DNA of 64,000 bases from Candidatus Sericytochromatia bacterium (GTDB taxonomy: Bacteria; Cyanobacteriota; Sericytochromatia; S15B-MN24; JAQBPE01), in the NCBI GenBank assembly GCA_040400605.1, contig JBBAPZ010000007.1, positions 83,485-147,484 of the forward strand, read 5' to 3'. A program made the position numbers and the translations under genes. The notes under the pieces are model-generated. The model made no database searches. It was given only the letters and a program-made list of their open reading frames with translations, and was not told the origin of the DNA. Numbering within the stretch: position 1 is the stretch's first letter; each line of letters begins with the position of its first letter. Shown piece after piece: positions 10,182 through 20,381 of this stretch.

Positions 10182-10379
10182 ATGGCAGTGGTTGTGATCG
10201 GGGCCTGCATGCACTGTCAGGCCGTGGTAAAAGCAGACGACAAGCGCGACGCGGCAACGCTTCCGATTCTTCAGCGCGCCCAGAAATTGGGGAAGCTCAC
10301 GTGTAAAACCTGCGCAGCCGCCAACATCACAGCCATTGATCGCGACAACCCGCCGGATCTGTCGACCCGCCACTCCTGA
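10182..10379 (+). CDS. Small CxxC...CxxC (zinc-ribbon-like) protein, 65 aa
   Basis: GAAAGGA SD before ATG 10182; CMHC and CKTC motifs. Confidence 0.6.
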   Translation: MAVVVIGACMHCQAVVKADDKRDAATLPILQRAQKLGKLTCKTCAAANITAIDRDNPPDLSTRHS

Positions 10380-10819
10380 AACCTGCCGCATCCGGCCTGT
10401 TGCCACGCTGTGCACTGCCGATGCCTTGTCGCGATGCGTGAAATAGCATCCACTGATGGTTGCTTACGCCATTTTGCAAGCGGATGCAACCAAGCGACAC
10501 GCACCATGTTTCAGCAGCAACCAATACGGACTTAAGACGCAATATTGGGTGTTTCGACACGCACAGTGTGCTCGACTTACGCCATATTGTAAACGAATTG
10601 AACCAAGCACCATGGAGCATATCCCGAAAGGCAAACAGCGAAGACGTAATGAGATAACGCCGCTTTCGATACGCAGTTTGCGCTTGCTGCTTCACTCTTG
10701 CACCATACTTTAAGCCGCGATTTATGGCAATCTTAACACTGTGATAAGCAAGTTTTTGTATGCGTGATGCGATAGACTCGGTAGCGCAAGCGAGCCATCA
10801 GAGGAAAAGGGGTGTTTGG

Positions 10820-12211
10820 ATGAAAGTCCTTGTGGATTATGTCGGAATCGCGAAAAGTTTGGCGCTTGGGCTGGCCGTACTCACGGTAGCCAGTTGTGGA
10901 CGGAATGCGACGATGCAGGCATTGCCGGCGGGCGATCAGGGGGCATTCTTGCAACCTGGTTCATTCGGAATTCGGGTACCGACCGGTTCGGTGACGGGTC
11001 GTGTCGTTGATGAACGCACCCAAATGGGAATTCCGGATGTCGTGATCGAAGTTCAGAATGTGACCCCTCCTGTATCTGTCCGCAGTGATTCATCCGGTAA
11101 CTTCGTTTTACAAAACGTGCCGCAAGGCGATCAGGTCTTGGTGTTTTCGAAGCCAGACTACGTATACATCGCGACTCAGGGCAGCGTGATTGCCAAGGTG
11201 TTGCCCTCGCAAACCATCAGTTTGCCGCAGGTCAGTTTGGCACCAGCCATTGCAGCAGCCTCCAATGCGTTTCTAACGGCCATTGGAGGACTGACGGAAC
11301 CCTACGGGGTAGCAGTCGACAACAATCGTAACGTTTTGTATGCCATTGATCGGATTGGCTGGGGCGGTGTCCTGGATCGCCGATGTGAGGTTAAAAAATT
11401 CAATTTATCCGGTGGGTTTGTCACACGCTTCGGTGGTCAACGTCTGTCAATTTCGCGAGGCAATCTGTCAGGGGATCCCTTTAACCTTTTTACCTATCTG
11501 AGTTGGTCATATGGTCTTGATATCGATGCGGGGGGCAATGTCTACGTATCTGAGGCCAATCGTGATCGTGTCGTCAAGTTTAGTGGAGACGGGACCTACA
11601 TCACCAGTTTTGGGGAAAATTTGAAGAACAACTTTGATGTGGCCGTTTTGAACTCAGGCCAGATTGCAGTGAGTTCAGCCGGAAACAGTAAGATTTCGTT
11701 GTTTGATGTCAATCTCGTATCCGCAGCGCGAGATTTTGCCGGAACGGTTGATTCCTCTGGAGTGAATGGTGGATTGCGTGGCTTGGCAGTTGATTCCGCA
11801 AACTTCATTTATGCACTTGATAATTCAGCCGGAACTGGTCAAGCTGTGAAGAAATTTGACGCCAAAGGTAGTAAGCCTGTAGTGGCCTTCGGTACCAATG
11901 CAGGGTCGGGCCCCAGCCAATTCCGGGGCGCAACCGACCTGACTGTTGATAACCGCAATGGTGATATCTACGTCGTTGATAGCGGCAACAACCGGGTACA
12001 ACGTTTTGATCGGGATGGTCGGTTCATTTCCGAGTTTGGAAGCGCAGGGCGTGGGAATGGTCAATTCGATCGCCCATATGGGATTGCCATTGACAAAGAT
12101 GGCTACCTATACGTTTCCGATACTGGCAACAAGCGCATTCAAAAGTTTGCACCCGGTCGCCTGTTCAACAGTTCTCAATCTAACCCGGCAGTTTTTTATC
12201 CAACCAAGTAA
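10820..12211 (+). CDS. Lipoprotein with carboxypeptidase-regulatory-like (Cna-B type) domain and NHL beta-propeller
   Basis: VASC lipobox; GSVTGRVVD...SDSSGNF..VPQG; NHL repeats such as PYGIAIDKDGYLYVSDTGNKRIQKF. Confidence 0.85.
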   Translation: MKVLVDYVGIAKSLALGLAVLTVASCGRNATMQALPAGDQGAFLQPGSFGIRVPTGSVTGRVVDERTQMGIPDVVIEVQNVTPPVSVRSDSSGNFVLQNVPQGDQVLVFSKPDYVYIATQGSVIAKVLPSQTISLPQVSLAPAIAAASNAFLTAIGGLTEPYGVAVDNNRNVLYAIDRIGWGGVLDRRCEVKKFNLSGGFVTRFGGQRLSISRGNLSGDPFNLFTYLSWSYGLDIDAGGNVYVSEANRDRVVKFSGDGTYITSFGENLKNNFDVAVLNSGQIAVSSAGNSKISLFDVNLVSAARDFAGTVDSSGVNGGLRGLAVDSANFIYALDNSAGTGQAVKKFDAKGSKPVVAFGTNAGSGPSQFRGATDLTVDNRNGDIYVVDSGNNRVQRFDRDGRFISEFGSAGRGNGQFDRPYGIAIDKDGYLYVSDTGNKRIQKFAPGRLFNSSQSNPAVFYPTK

Positions 12212-12436
12212 CACAAAAACGATACGCGATCATCGCGGTGATTCATCAGGCATCATCGCGTTGTCGGTTAACTCTGGCGTATGTCGTGTTTTTCATTCAG
12301 AATAACTGCCACGTTTCAATGCGTAAGCGTGCAATCAGACATTAAACAACCAGTCAGACGCACCCATCAACCATTGGTTGATTTGGCATGTTGATGTGTT
12401 GCAAGGGTCTACGCCGACAGTGAGGGTACCTTGGTC

Positions 12437-13303
12437 ATGAAACGTGAGATTCGTTGTGGTTTGATTCAAGCGCGCTCAGACGTATCCGTCGAACAGCCGA
12501 TCGAGGCGATCAAAAAGCACATGTTAGCAAAGCACGTGGGCTTTATCGAGGAAGCTGCCGTGCGAGGGGTCAAAATACTCTGCCTGCAAGAGATTTTCAC
12601 AGGCCCCTATTTCTGTGCAGAACAGAATCCTCGTTGGTACGACAGTGCAGAACCGATCACTGGACCTACTGTGACACTCATGAGAGAAATGGCCGCACGG
12701 CTGAAAATGGTGTTGATCGTTCCGTATTATGAGTGTGATCAAGTGGGCGTCTATTACAACACAGCGGCGGTTATCGATGCCGATGGAACCTTGTTGGGTC
12801 AATACCGCAAGTCGCACATCCCACAAGTTCAACCTGGATTTTGGGAAAAGTTTTACTTTACGCCAGGGAATCTTGGGTATCCTGTTTTTAAAACACGTTA
12901 TGCCGATATTGGCGTTTACATCTGTTATGACCGACATTTTCCAGAGGGGGCGCGCATACTGGGACTAAATGGCGCGGAGATTGTTTTCAATCCTTCCGCA
13001 ACCGTGGCAGGTTTGTCGGAATATCTGTGGAAACTGGAGCAGCCAGCATCAGCCGTTGCGAACGGGTATTTCGTGGGCGCGGTGAATCGGGTGGGCATTG
13101 AGTCACCTTGGCGTATCGGTGAGTTTTACGGTCAGAGTTACTTTGTGGATCCGCGTGGACAGTTTGTTGCCATGGCATCACGCGATCAAGAAGAGTTGGT
13201 CGTGGCAGACCTCGATCTAAATCTGATCCGCGAAACACGACACGTGTGGCAGTTTTTTCGTGATCGGCGCCCCGAAACCTATCATCCCCTGACAACCCTG
13301 TAG
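12437..13303 (+). CDS. Carbon-nitrogen hydrolase (beta-ureidopropionase / N-carbamoylputrescine amidase-like)
   Basis: Nitrilase triad: CLQE, YRKSHIP, ICYDRHFPE; FWEKFYF. Confidence 0.88.
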   Translation: MKREIRCGLIQARSDVSVEQPIEAIKKHMLAKHVGFIEEAAVRGVKILCLQEIFTGPYFCAEQNPRWYDSAEPITGPTVTLMREMAARLKMVLIVPYYECDQVGVYYNTAAVIDADGTLLGQYRKSHIPQVQPGFWEKFYFTPGNLGYPVFKTRYADIGVYICYDRHFPEGARILGLNGAEIVFNPSATVAGLSEYLWKLEQPASAVANGYFVGAVNRVGIESPWRIGEFYGQSYFVDPRGQFVAMASRDQEELVVADLDLNLIRETRHVWQFFRDRRPETYHPLTTL

Positions 13304-13500
13304 CGCCCCGAACAAAATCAAGCTGAACCTCACACCACGCGTTGTTTCTGAGCAGGGTATGCGCCACGCATCAACAGCCCGCGTCCGCCACGTAATGCGA
13401 ACAGAGCAGGCTAGGCTATCCAAAACCAGCCAACAATCTGACATTCAATCGACGCGAGTCGATGTGGCTTGAAAGCACGAGGGTATGACAATCTGTTGCG

Positions 13501-14010
13501 TCAGGCTTTGTTTTTCGGACGCCTCGGAGGACGTGGAACGAAATTTGCGGCAACAGGCTCGTACGTGCGCAGGAAAAAAGACCGTTTAAAAAGGCTCTGT
13601 ACGGCTTCCATCTGATACACCGGTGGAAGCCTGTAGACACAACAGATTGGTAGCGAACCAACCACCACGCCTGTTGTCACGCCCAAAATCAGACCGAGTG
13701 CCCGATTGAATGTGCCCAGCTTGGCTTTTTCCAAAAGGCCGGTGGCAACAAAACCAGCGATTTGCACGACCGCGAAGAAGAAGAAAAAAGCAACGATGCG
13801 ATTGACAACCCCATAAAAGGTGTCCGCCGGCTTGAGTGCATAAGCCAGCATAAACGATAAGACCGTTGGCATCGCCGCAGACATATGCCACGCGATAAAA
13901 ATGGCGAACATGCTGACGACACTGCGAATGAAGCCTGCCATAAACCCCTTGATGGCGAAACCAACCAACAAGCAGAGCATCAGCGTGTCAACAAAAAGTG
14001 GAGAAACCAA
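13501..14010 (-). CDS. CvpA (colicin V production) family membrane protein
   Basis: KGFMAGFIRSVVS and NRALGLILG motifs; four TM helices. Confidence 0.8.
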   Translation of the reverse strand: MVSPLFVDTLMLCLLVGFAIKGFMAGFIRSVVSMFAIFIAWHMSAAMPTVLSFMLAYALKPADTFYGVVNRIVAFFFFFAVVQIAGFVATGLLEKAKLGTFNRALGLILGVTTGVVVGSLPICCVYRLPPVYQMEAVQSLFKRSFFLRTYEPVAANFVPRPPRRPKNKA

Positions 14011-14176
14011 TTCGACATCCTTCCAGAATAAGGGTCACGCCCATCGTGGACAGCCATCCCCCTGATTTGTATGATACCAGTGGAAAGGCTTACCTGCCAT
14101 CCAGCAAGCGCTCCACAAGCTGCGTATGCTCCGTCCTTTCCATACCCTCTGTCTTGTCAGAAGGAGGCATCACACC

Positions 14177-14989
14177 ATGGTTGCGGCGCCCGTGTCGGTC
14201 GTTGGACAAACCCGCAATCTGCTGCGGAAATGGCCCCAACTCTGGATTCCTCCCTTGCTCGTCTACTTTGTCCAGAGCCTCGGCGCAGCCGCATATTCGA
14301 ACGTTGGTATCAAACTGCTCGGTGCCATTTGCGCGACCGCTGCCTGTGCGTTGCTCAATCTTGGATGGGTCGCTTTGTTGCTTGACACATTGCGTGGAAA
14401 CCCGCCCCAATTCAAAACCGTGCCGGAGATTGTCAACCAACGCTGGACCGGTGCTCTGGCAGGGCACTTCGCCTACTATTTGCTGTCAGGCGGACTCATC
14501 TTGCTGCTCGGGCTTTACGGCCATTCGCAATGGGGCACGGACGCGCTCAAAACGTGGTTCGAATCCTGGCGCCAACTACCCCCGACCGAGCTCAGCCGTG
14601 CGATCGCTCCTGACAAAATACCACCCGACGTCGCTAACTGGCTGTCCTTGCTGGGATACTGGCTATGTATCACCGCGGGTCTGACGATTCTGTTGAGCGC
14701 CTGGTTACCCTTGATGCTGATCGAGCAAACCAATTGGCTGCGCGCGTATGTGAACAGCGTGCGCCTGACCCTTCGCCACTTTTTCGCCTTCGCTTTGCTA
14801 GCAGCGTTGCACGTCCTTGCCGTTGGGCTAAGCCTTCGATTGCTAGGTTTGGCCAACGCCTTCGCCACCCTGGCAGGTTTGGCATTTTATTTATATGCGA
14901 ACACGCTTTTCCAGGCAAGTTATGTACTCTTGACTTTTCAACTTAGACAAGCATCCTCACCGGACACTGCTGAGGAATCGTCAAAGTAG
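14177..14989 (+). CDS. Hypothetical integral membrane protein
   Basis: AAGGAGG SD before ATG 14177; about six hydrophobic segments. Confidence 0.7.
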   Translation: MVAAPVSVVGQTRNLLRKWPQLWIPPLLVYFVQSLGAAAYSNVGIKLLGAICATAACALLNLGWVALLLDTLRGNPPQFKTVPEIVNQRWTGALAGHFAYYLLSGGLILLLGLYGHSQWGTDALKTWFESWRQLPPTELSRAIAPDKIPPDVANWLSLLGYWLCITAGLTILLSAWLPLMLIEQTNWLRAYVNSVRLTLRHFFAFALLAALHVLAVGLSLRLLGLANAFATLAGLAFYLYANTLFQASYVLLTFQLRQASSPDTAEESSK

Positions 14990-15532
14990 TCAACAGAGAC
15001 GCATTGTTTGCCGTTCTAAAGTGTGTAGCAAATACAAAAGTATCAGGAACACACCTGCTGACAGACAATACCAGCGACTAATCCGTTTAACGCTCAATGC
15101 GCTTCCGGATAGTGCCTCCAGCAATTGAGCGGCACCGTGTGTGCCGGGGCGAAAGCCGGCAACGACAAGGGGGCAGATACCGTGCGAGACACGGTTCCAA
15201 CAGCAAGGATCTCACCGTTGTCGATCACAATGTCTCAATCAGCATGAATGGCCCTTCGCCTGCCCGACACCAACGACCGTGCACGCTGCATGAACCAGGC
15301 GTCAGAACGTACAGAACCTGAACCAGACACAAAATTGTATCTGCACCAAAGGGCTGCACGACTGCAGTTGGTTTGATTCGAAACAGCGGTGGTTAATGCT
15401 TCCGCACTCATACTTAACGCGAAAATTTAATCTATGGATTCGCTTAAATTAGGCATTGCTTAACGTAAATGAAACAAGCTCCCGTTAATTACCGCGCATA
15501 AATGTCATGCTTGTTTCATACTGATAAAGGGG

Positions 15533-17065
15533 ATGCGTCCAATGCAAACGCTCACCACCACCTCTGTAAACGTGATGCCGCGGGTGACGCCACCCGCGCC
15601 GACAACCTACCCTCAAACGCCCGCTCCTGTTATGGCGCCAAATCAGATGGTGCCCGCGTCGGGGACGCACAGTGGCGGCGGTGTCGTTGCACTGCTTGAG
15701 AACTTTTGGAATGGTATTGTCAACTTTTTTCGCGGGTTGTTCACCCGTTCGAATCAGACGCAGCCAAACACGAATGCGCCGGTTACCCCCACCGTACCTT
15801 CTCCACAGTTGGCTCCAAATTCCGGCAACGTGGATGATGCAGCACTCGCACAGCAGTACGGCTTGTTGAATACGCCTGAAAACGTTCGTAACTTCCGGGA
15901 AACCGTCAGCCGTCAGAGTTTGGAGATGGGTGCGGTTGGTCCGGGGAGCACCAACCGTGACGCGGTGAACGAGTTGCAGGATCTCTTGAAACGATGGGGA
16001 TTCAACATCACTAATACAGGTGAGTTCGATCTGGCTACCGCCAATGCTGTGATGCAATGGAAGGTGAGCGTTGGTGTCGTGGAATCATTCGTTTTCGCGA
16101 ACGGCTCTCCAGGCGTGACGCCCATCATCGATACCCGTACACGTGCAAAAATGATCGAGGTTTTGACCAGCGCGCAGCAGGCCAACATGCCACAACCGGC
16201 GAGCGCCATCATGCCGGGAGTGGCTTCACCGGTCACCATTCCCAATCAACCCCAGTTGGTACAACCTTTCGCCCCGTTGCCGGTTTCCACACCGTTTGCA
16301 CCTGTTCCGCCCGTTACCCCAGTCATCAACCCTGTGGCTCCCATCGTGGTTGCTGACCCCTTGCTGACGCCGCCGATGCAGCCCATCGCACCGACCGCCA
16401 ATCCAGTGGCTCCCGTCATGGTTGCTGACCCCGCGGTGACCGTGCCAATGCAGCCCATCACACCGACCACCAATCCGGTGGCTCCCATCTTGGTTGCTGA
16501 CCCCGCGGTGACCGTGCAGATGCAGCCCATCACACCAACCATCAGCCAAGGGGCTCCCATCTTGGTTGCTGACCCCGCGGTGACCGTGCCGATGCAGCCC
16601 ATCACACCAACCATCAGCCCAGTGGCACCCGTTGTTGTTCCTGACCCGGCACTGGCAACTGGTGCGCAGCCGTCACCAGTCACCGTTGTGACAAACGGTC
16701 AGGACGCCGCGGCCATGGATGCAGTCACTCGTTTCGGCCTGCAGGCCACCGCCGAGAACCTTCAAGCGTTTCAGGCAGCCTGGGGACGGCTGTCCAGTGA
16801 CCCTGGCGCGATCGGACCGGGCCAAAACGACACACCCGATGCCGTGGCAGAATTGCAGCAGGTCATGACCTTGCTGGGATATCCCGTGGCTGTTACAGGT
16901 GTGTTGGACCCTGCGACGCAGCACGCATTGAGCACGTTCAAAATCGCACACAATTTAACCGATGGGTATAATCTGGCGAACGGTTCAGCAGGCGCACTAC
17001 CTTGGGTGGATCAACGCACCAAAGACATCATGGTACAGCGCCTGACTCAGAACACCGGCTCCTGA
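15533..17065 (+). CDS. Pro-rich protein with two peptidoglycan-binding (PG_binding_1-like) domains
   Basis: AVNELQDLLKRWGF..TGEFDLATANAV and AVAELQQVMTLLGY..TGVLDPATQHAL; central Pro-rich repeats. Confidence 0.75.
   Translation: MRPMQTLTTTSVNVMPRVTPPAPTTYPQTPAPVMAPNQMVPASGTHSGGGVVALLENFWNGIVNFFRGLFTRSNQTQPNTNAPVTPTVPSPQLAPNSGNVDDAALAQQYGLLNTPENVRNFRETVSRQSLEMGAVGPGSTNRDAVNELQDLLKRWGFNITNTGEFDLATANAVMQWKVSVGVVESFVFANGSPGVTPIIDTRTRAKMIEVLTSAQQANMPQPASAIMPGVASPVTIPNQPQLVQPFAPLPVSTPFAPVPPVTPVINPVAPIVVADPLLTPPMQPIAPTANPVAPVMVADPAVTVPMQPITPTTNPVAPILVADPAVTVQMQPITPTISQGAPILVADPAVTVPMQPITPTISPVAPVVVPDPALATGAQPSPVTVVTNGQDAAAMDAVTRFGLQATAENLQAFQAAWGRLSSDPGAIGPGQNDTPDAVAELQQVMTLLGYPVAVTGVLDPATQHALSTFKIAHNLTDGYNLANGSAGALPWVDQRTKDIMVQRLTQNTGS
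16331..16650 (+). repeat. 72-bp (24-aa) tandem repeat, four copies plus a partial copy
   Basis: PVAPILVADPAVTVPMQPITPTxx units starting at 16331, 16403, 16475, 16547, 16619. Confidence 0.9.
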
Positions 17066-17793
17066 ATTCCCTGGGCCGCCGAACCATCGACGGCCCGCGC
17101 CAGTCGGCCCACCTTACGTCCTCGTGCCCCCATCCGAATCCATTCGCGTACGTGGTTCGCGCCTGTGCCGACGAAGGCCACCACACTCATCAACGCCAAT
17201 TGGCCCACCATCACAATGAATAAAGTTTCTCGGACATAGGAACCCCAAACCTTCCAGGAAACTGGCTGTTCAGCCATCATCAGCATATGCACACCCTCAT
17301 ATGCCAAACCACTCCCATAAACCACAAAGGTACCCCACGCCAGTCCAAACCAGACAGCGCCGAACTGCGTTCGCCTCGGATAGGTCCCCATCGCCAAGAC
17401 CGCTAGCCATAATGCCAAAAGATAACCCAGTGTGGGTTTGTGCAAATAACCGAAACCACCACCGCCAGAAAAGACGCAAACACCACCGATACCAAGCGCC
17501 AAATACAACACGACCGCCAAACTCGCCTGCCGTTGGTTCAACATCAATACCGTAATCCATAGCGCCACCATCTGCCCCGAAACAATCTGGGACCCGAAAA
17601 CGAGGCCGCCAACCCCATAAAGCGGTTGCATCGTATGGATATGCTCAGGCCAACCCCAACCAACAAAGGGCACGCGAATCGCAACAAATGTTCCGATGCA
17701 ACAAAAGGTCGCGGCGAGCAAGACCAACAAAAATTGGAACATTGACGCGCATACGAGCGAGTAAAGCAAACGCACCACGGCAAACTCCCCCAC
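17047..17793 (-). CDS. bioY: Biotin transporter BioY family protein
   Basis: LYLALGIGG..VFSGGGGFGYL.KPTLGYL motif; multi-TM; start uncertain. Confidence 0.7.
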   Translation of the reverse strand: MGEFAVVRLLYSLVCASMFQFLLVLLAATFCCIGTFVAIRVPFVGWGWPEHIHTMQPLYGVGGLVFGSQIVSGQMVALWITVLMLNQRQASLAVVLYLALGIGGVCVFSGGGGFGYLHKPTLGYLLALWLAVLAMGTYPRRTQFGAVWFGLAWGTFVVYGSGLAYEGVHMLMMAEQPVSWKVWGSYVRETLFIVMVGQLALMSVVAFVGTGANHVREWIRMGARGRKVGRLARAVDGSAAQGIQEPVF

Positions 17794-18085
17794 GGGTATA
17801 TCTAATCACACAAATGCCACGCAGGCCAACGCCGACAAACCAGGCGAACGATACGACAGGTGCCGCCCTGCACGGATAGCCTGCACCGATGCCACCCGCG
17901 CAACAGCCAGTTCGACAAAACACCATCGGCTGTCTCCCCTATCCTTGTTGGTGTACCACAGGGTATACTTTAACGCTTGGCAACCGGCTGTTAAACGTTT
18001 GCCGCTACTGTGTCAACTGTGGCAAGAAGTCGCAAGGGGCTTACCCCGAGAACACGAACTTGTGAGCGACTCAAGAGGAGGCAAC

Positions 18086-19414
18086 TTGGACTGGCGCAAA
18101 TTCCTTCTGGGTACGATCATCACGCTTGCGCTCGGCGCCGGATATTACGTGCTTGACGGGCGACACGAGTTTAAACGTGGTCTCGACATTCAGGGAGGCA
18201 TGCACCTGGTCGCCCAGGCGCAGCCGACAGCAACCATTCCCACCATCAATGACGCCGTCATGAGCGCAGCGGTGGCGGTCGTTCGGAATCGGGTCGACGG
18301 GCTGGGCGTTGCAGAACCACTGATTCAACGAAAAGGCAGCAACCAGATTATCATCGATATGCCAGGCATCAAAGATAAGGACGAAGCCCTGCGCATCATC
18401 GGTAAAACAGCCGTCCTCACATTCCGCGCACACAAGGCTGACTTTCCCGGGGGCACACCAGCGCCAGTCGACCAACACGGAGCGAGTGTTGGCAGCGCAC
18501 CCACCGTCGCTGCAGCAGCCAAGCAGGGCGGCGCCAACGATTGGGTGCTAACCGGTTTGAAAGGCACGCATATTATTGCGGCACGCGTAGAGCCTATCGG
18601 AACAAGCTGGGCAGTTGTTGCTGATTTCAATGCTGAAGGCGCCAAGATTCTTGCCGACACGTCGCGTGTCCTCCTTCAAAAACCGATGGCAATCTTTCTC
18701 GATAACGAGTTGGTATCCGATCCAATCGTGCATAGTGAATTGAATACGGGCAATGTTCAAATCAGTGGCAATTTCGATGCCAAAAAGGCCAACGAATTGA
18801 TGGTGGTCCTGAAAGCCGGTTCGCTACCTGTGCCATTGGCGATCATCGAGAACCGGTCCGTCGACGCGTCACTCGGAGCAGAATCGGTCCGAGCCAGCGT
18901 ACAGGCAGGTCTCATCGGCGCAGCGCTCATCGTGTTGTTTATGATTGGTTACTATCGGATTCCTGGCGCGATAGCCGGCATCGCTTTGATTATCTATAGT
19001 CTCATTGTTCTGGCCATCTTCAAGCTGATTCCCGTCACGCTGACCGTACCGGGCATTGCCGGATTCATTCTGAGCATGGGTATGGCTGTTGATGCCAATA
19101 TTTTGATTTTCGAGCGTACCAAAGAAGAACTTCTCAACGGGCGCACCATTTATGCTGCGATCGAAATCGGCTTCAATCGGGCGTTTTCGGCCATTTTCGA
19201 TTCGAACATCACCACTTTGCTGGCCTGCGGCGTGTTGTTTTATTTCGGAACGGGACTGGTGAAGGGCTTCGCGTTAACCCTGGCCATTGGTGTCATCATT
19301 TCCATGTTCACGGCGATCACCGCATCACGCAACCTGCTGCACTGGGTACTTGAAGCCAAACAGTTCAAGAGTCCCACGCTATTTGGCGTGCAAGTTCCAT
19401 CCAAGATTCGTTAG
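18086..19414 (+). CDS. secD: Protein translocase subunit SecD
   Basis: GLDIQGG, RNRVDGLGVAEP, GSLPVPL, GMAVDANILIFER; TTG start with GAGGAGG SD. Confidence 0.95.
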   Translation: MDWRKFLLGTIITLALGAGYYVLDGRHEFKRGLDIQGGMHLVAQAQPTATIPTINDAVMSAAVAVVRNRVDGLGVAEPLIQRKGSNQIIIDMPGIKDKDEALRIIGKTAVLTFRAHKADFPGGTPAPVDQHGASVGSAPTVAAAAKQGGANDWVLTGLKGTHIIAARVEPIGTSWAVVADFNAEGAKILADTSRVLLQKPMAIFLDNELVSDPIVHSELNTGNVQISGNFDAKKANELMVVLKAGSLPVPLAIIENRSVDASLGAESVRASVQAGLIGAALIVLFMIGYYRIPGAIAGIALIIYSLIVLAIFKLIPVTLTVPGIAGFILSMGMAVDANILIFERTKEELLNGRTIYAAIEIGFNRAFSAIFDSNITTLLACGVLFYFGTGLVKGFALTLAIGVIISMFTAITASRNLLHWVLEAKQFKSPTLFGVQVPSKIR

Positions 19415-19432
19415 AAAGCGGAGTCGACCAAA

Positions 19433-20353
19433 ATGGCGATGAAATTTGAGGAATCAAAATTCGATTTTATGGCGCACAAAGCGCTATGGTTTGGCATTTC
19501 AGGCTTTCTGCTCATACCAGGCATCATCGCAGTGATTTATTCATTGATGACCTTCGGAACACCGGTCAAGCTCGGCATCGATTTCACTGGTGGTACCCTG
19601 GCGCAACTTAGCTTCAGTAAAAACGTAACTGCACCGCAGATTCGTGAAATCTTAAAGTCTGAAGGAATCGAAGACGCACAGGTTCAAATAGCGGATGATA
19701 AGACTGCGCTCATCCGAACGAAAGACCTTACCCAGAGTCAACGCGAAACCGTCTTGAAAGGTCTCAGCGCAAAAGCTGGCGAGTTCAAGGCAGAGCGTTT
19801 TGAAACAGTCGGCCCTACCATGGGACGTGAGCTGTTGGCCAATTCTCTGGCCGCAATCGGTTTTACATTGGTCGGTATTGTCGGGTACATTTCCTACCGA
19901 TACCAATTTGACTTTGCCGTGTGCGCGATCTCAGCGCTCGTGCACGACGTGGTCTTCATTTTTGGGGTGTTCGCTGCACTGGGTATCTTCTTAAACGTCG
20001 AAGTGGACAGCCTCTTTGTCACCGCAGTCCTAACCGTGGTTGGATTTTCAGTGCACGACACCATCGTCATTTACGACCGCATCCGCGAAAACATGCGCCA
20101 AGCTGGTAAACGAGACACGTTCGATGATGTGGCGAATCGTAGCATCAAGCAAACCCTGGCACGATCCATCAACACGTCACTGACCGTTTGCCTAACCTTG
20201 ATTGCACTGCTGGTATTCGGCGGCGAAACCATCCGGTGGTTTGTATTCGCCATGCTCATTGGCATCGTGGTCGGCACTTACAGTTCGATATTCAATGCCA
20301 GTCAAATGTTGTCAGTATGGCGCATGATGGGCGTCAAACGCACCTCCGCCTAG
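19433..20353 (+). CDS. secF: Protein translocase subunit SecF
   Basis: LGIDFTGG, VGPTMGREL, HDTIVIYDRIREN, RSINTS, GTYSSIF. Confidence 0.96.
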   Translation: MAMKFEESKFDFMAHKALWFGISGFLLIPGIIAVIYSLMTFGTPVKLGIDFTGGTLAQLSFSKNVTAPQIREILKSEGIEDAQVQIADDKTALIRTKDLTQSQRETVLKGLSAKAGEFKAERFETVGPTMGRELLANSLAAIGFTLVGIVGYISYRYQFDFAVCAISALVHDVVFIFGVFAALGIFLNVEVDSLFVTAVLTVVGFSVHDTIVIYDRIRENMRQAGKRDTFDDVANRSIKQTLARSINTSLTVCLTLIALLVFGGETIRWFVFAMLIGIVVGTYSSIFNASQMLSVWRMMGVKRTSA

Positions 20354-20381
20354 TCATTCAATCACGAGGGACGTTAAAACC

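Noticed and set aside
10463..10608. 33-bp repeat pair as a mini-CRISPR
   Set aside because: Only two degenerate copies, an 80-nt gap and no palindrome; kept only as an unexplained duplication.
14556..14566. GGTTCGAATCC, a tRNA T-loop-like motif
   Set aside because: Inside a CDS; no full T stem and no cloverleaf.
15024..15036. TGTA-N5-TACA as an NtcA site
   Set aside because: NtcA requires GTA-N8-TAC; the spacing does not fit.
16331..16650. Direct repeats as a possible CRISPR array
   Set aside because: Contiguous, in-frame coding repeats with no spacers; no cas genes in the window.
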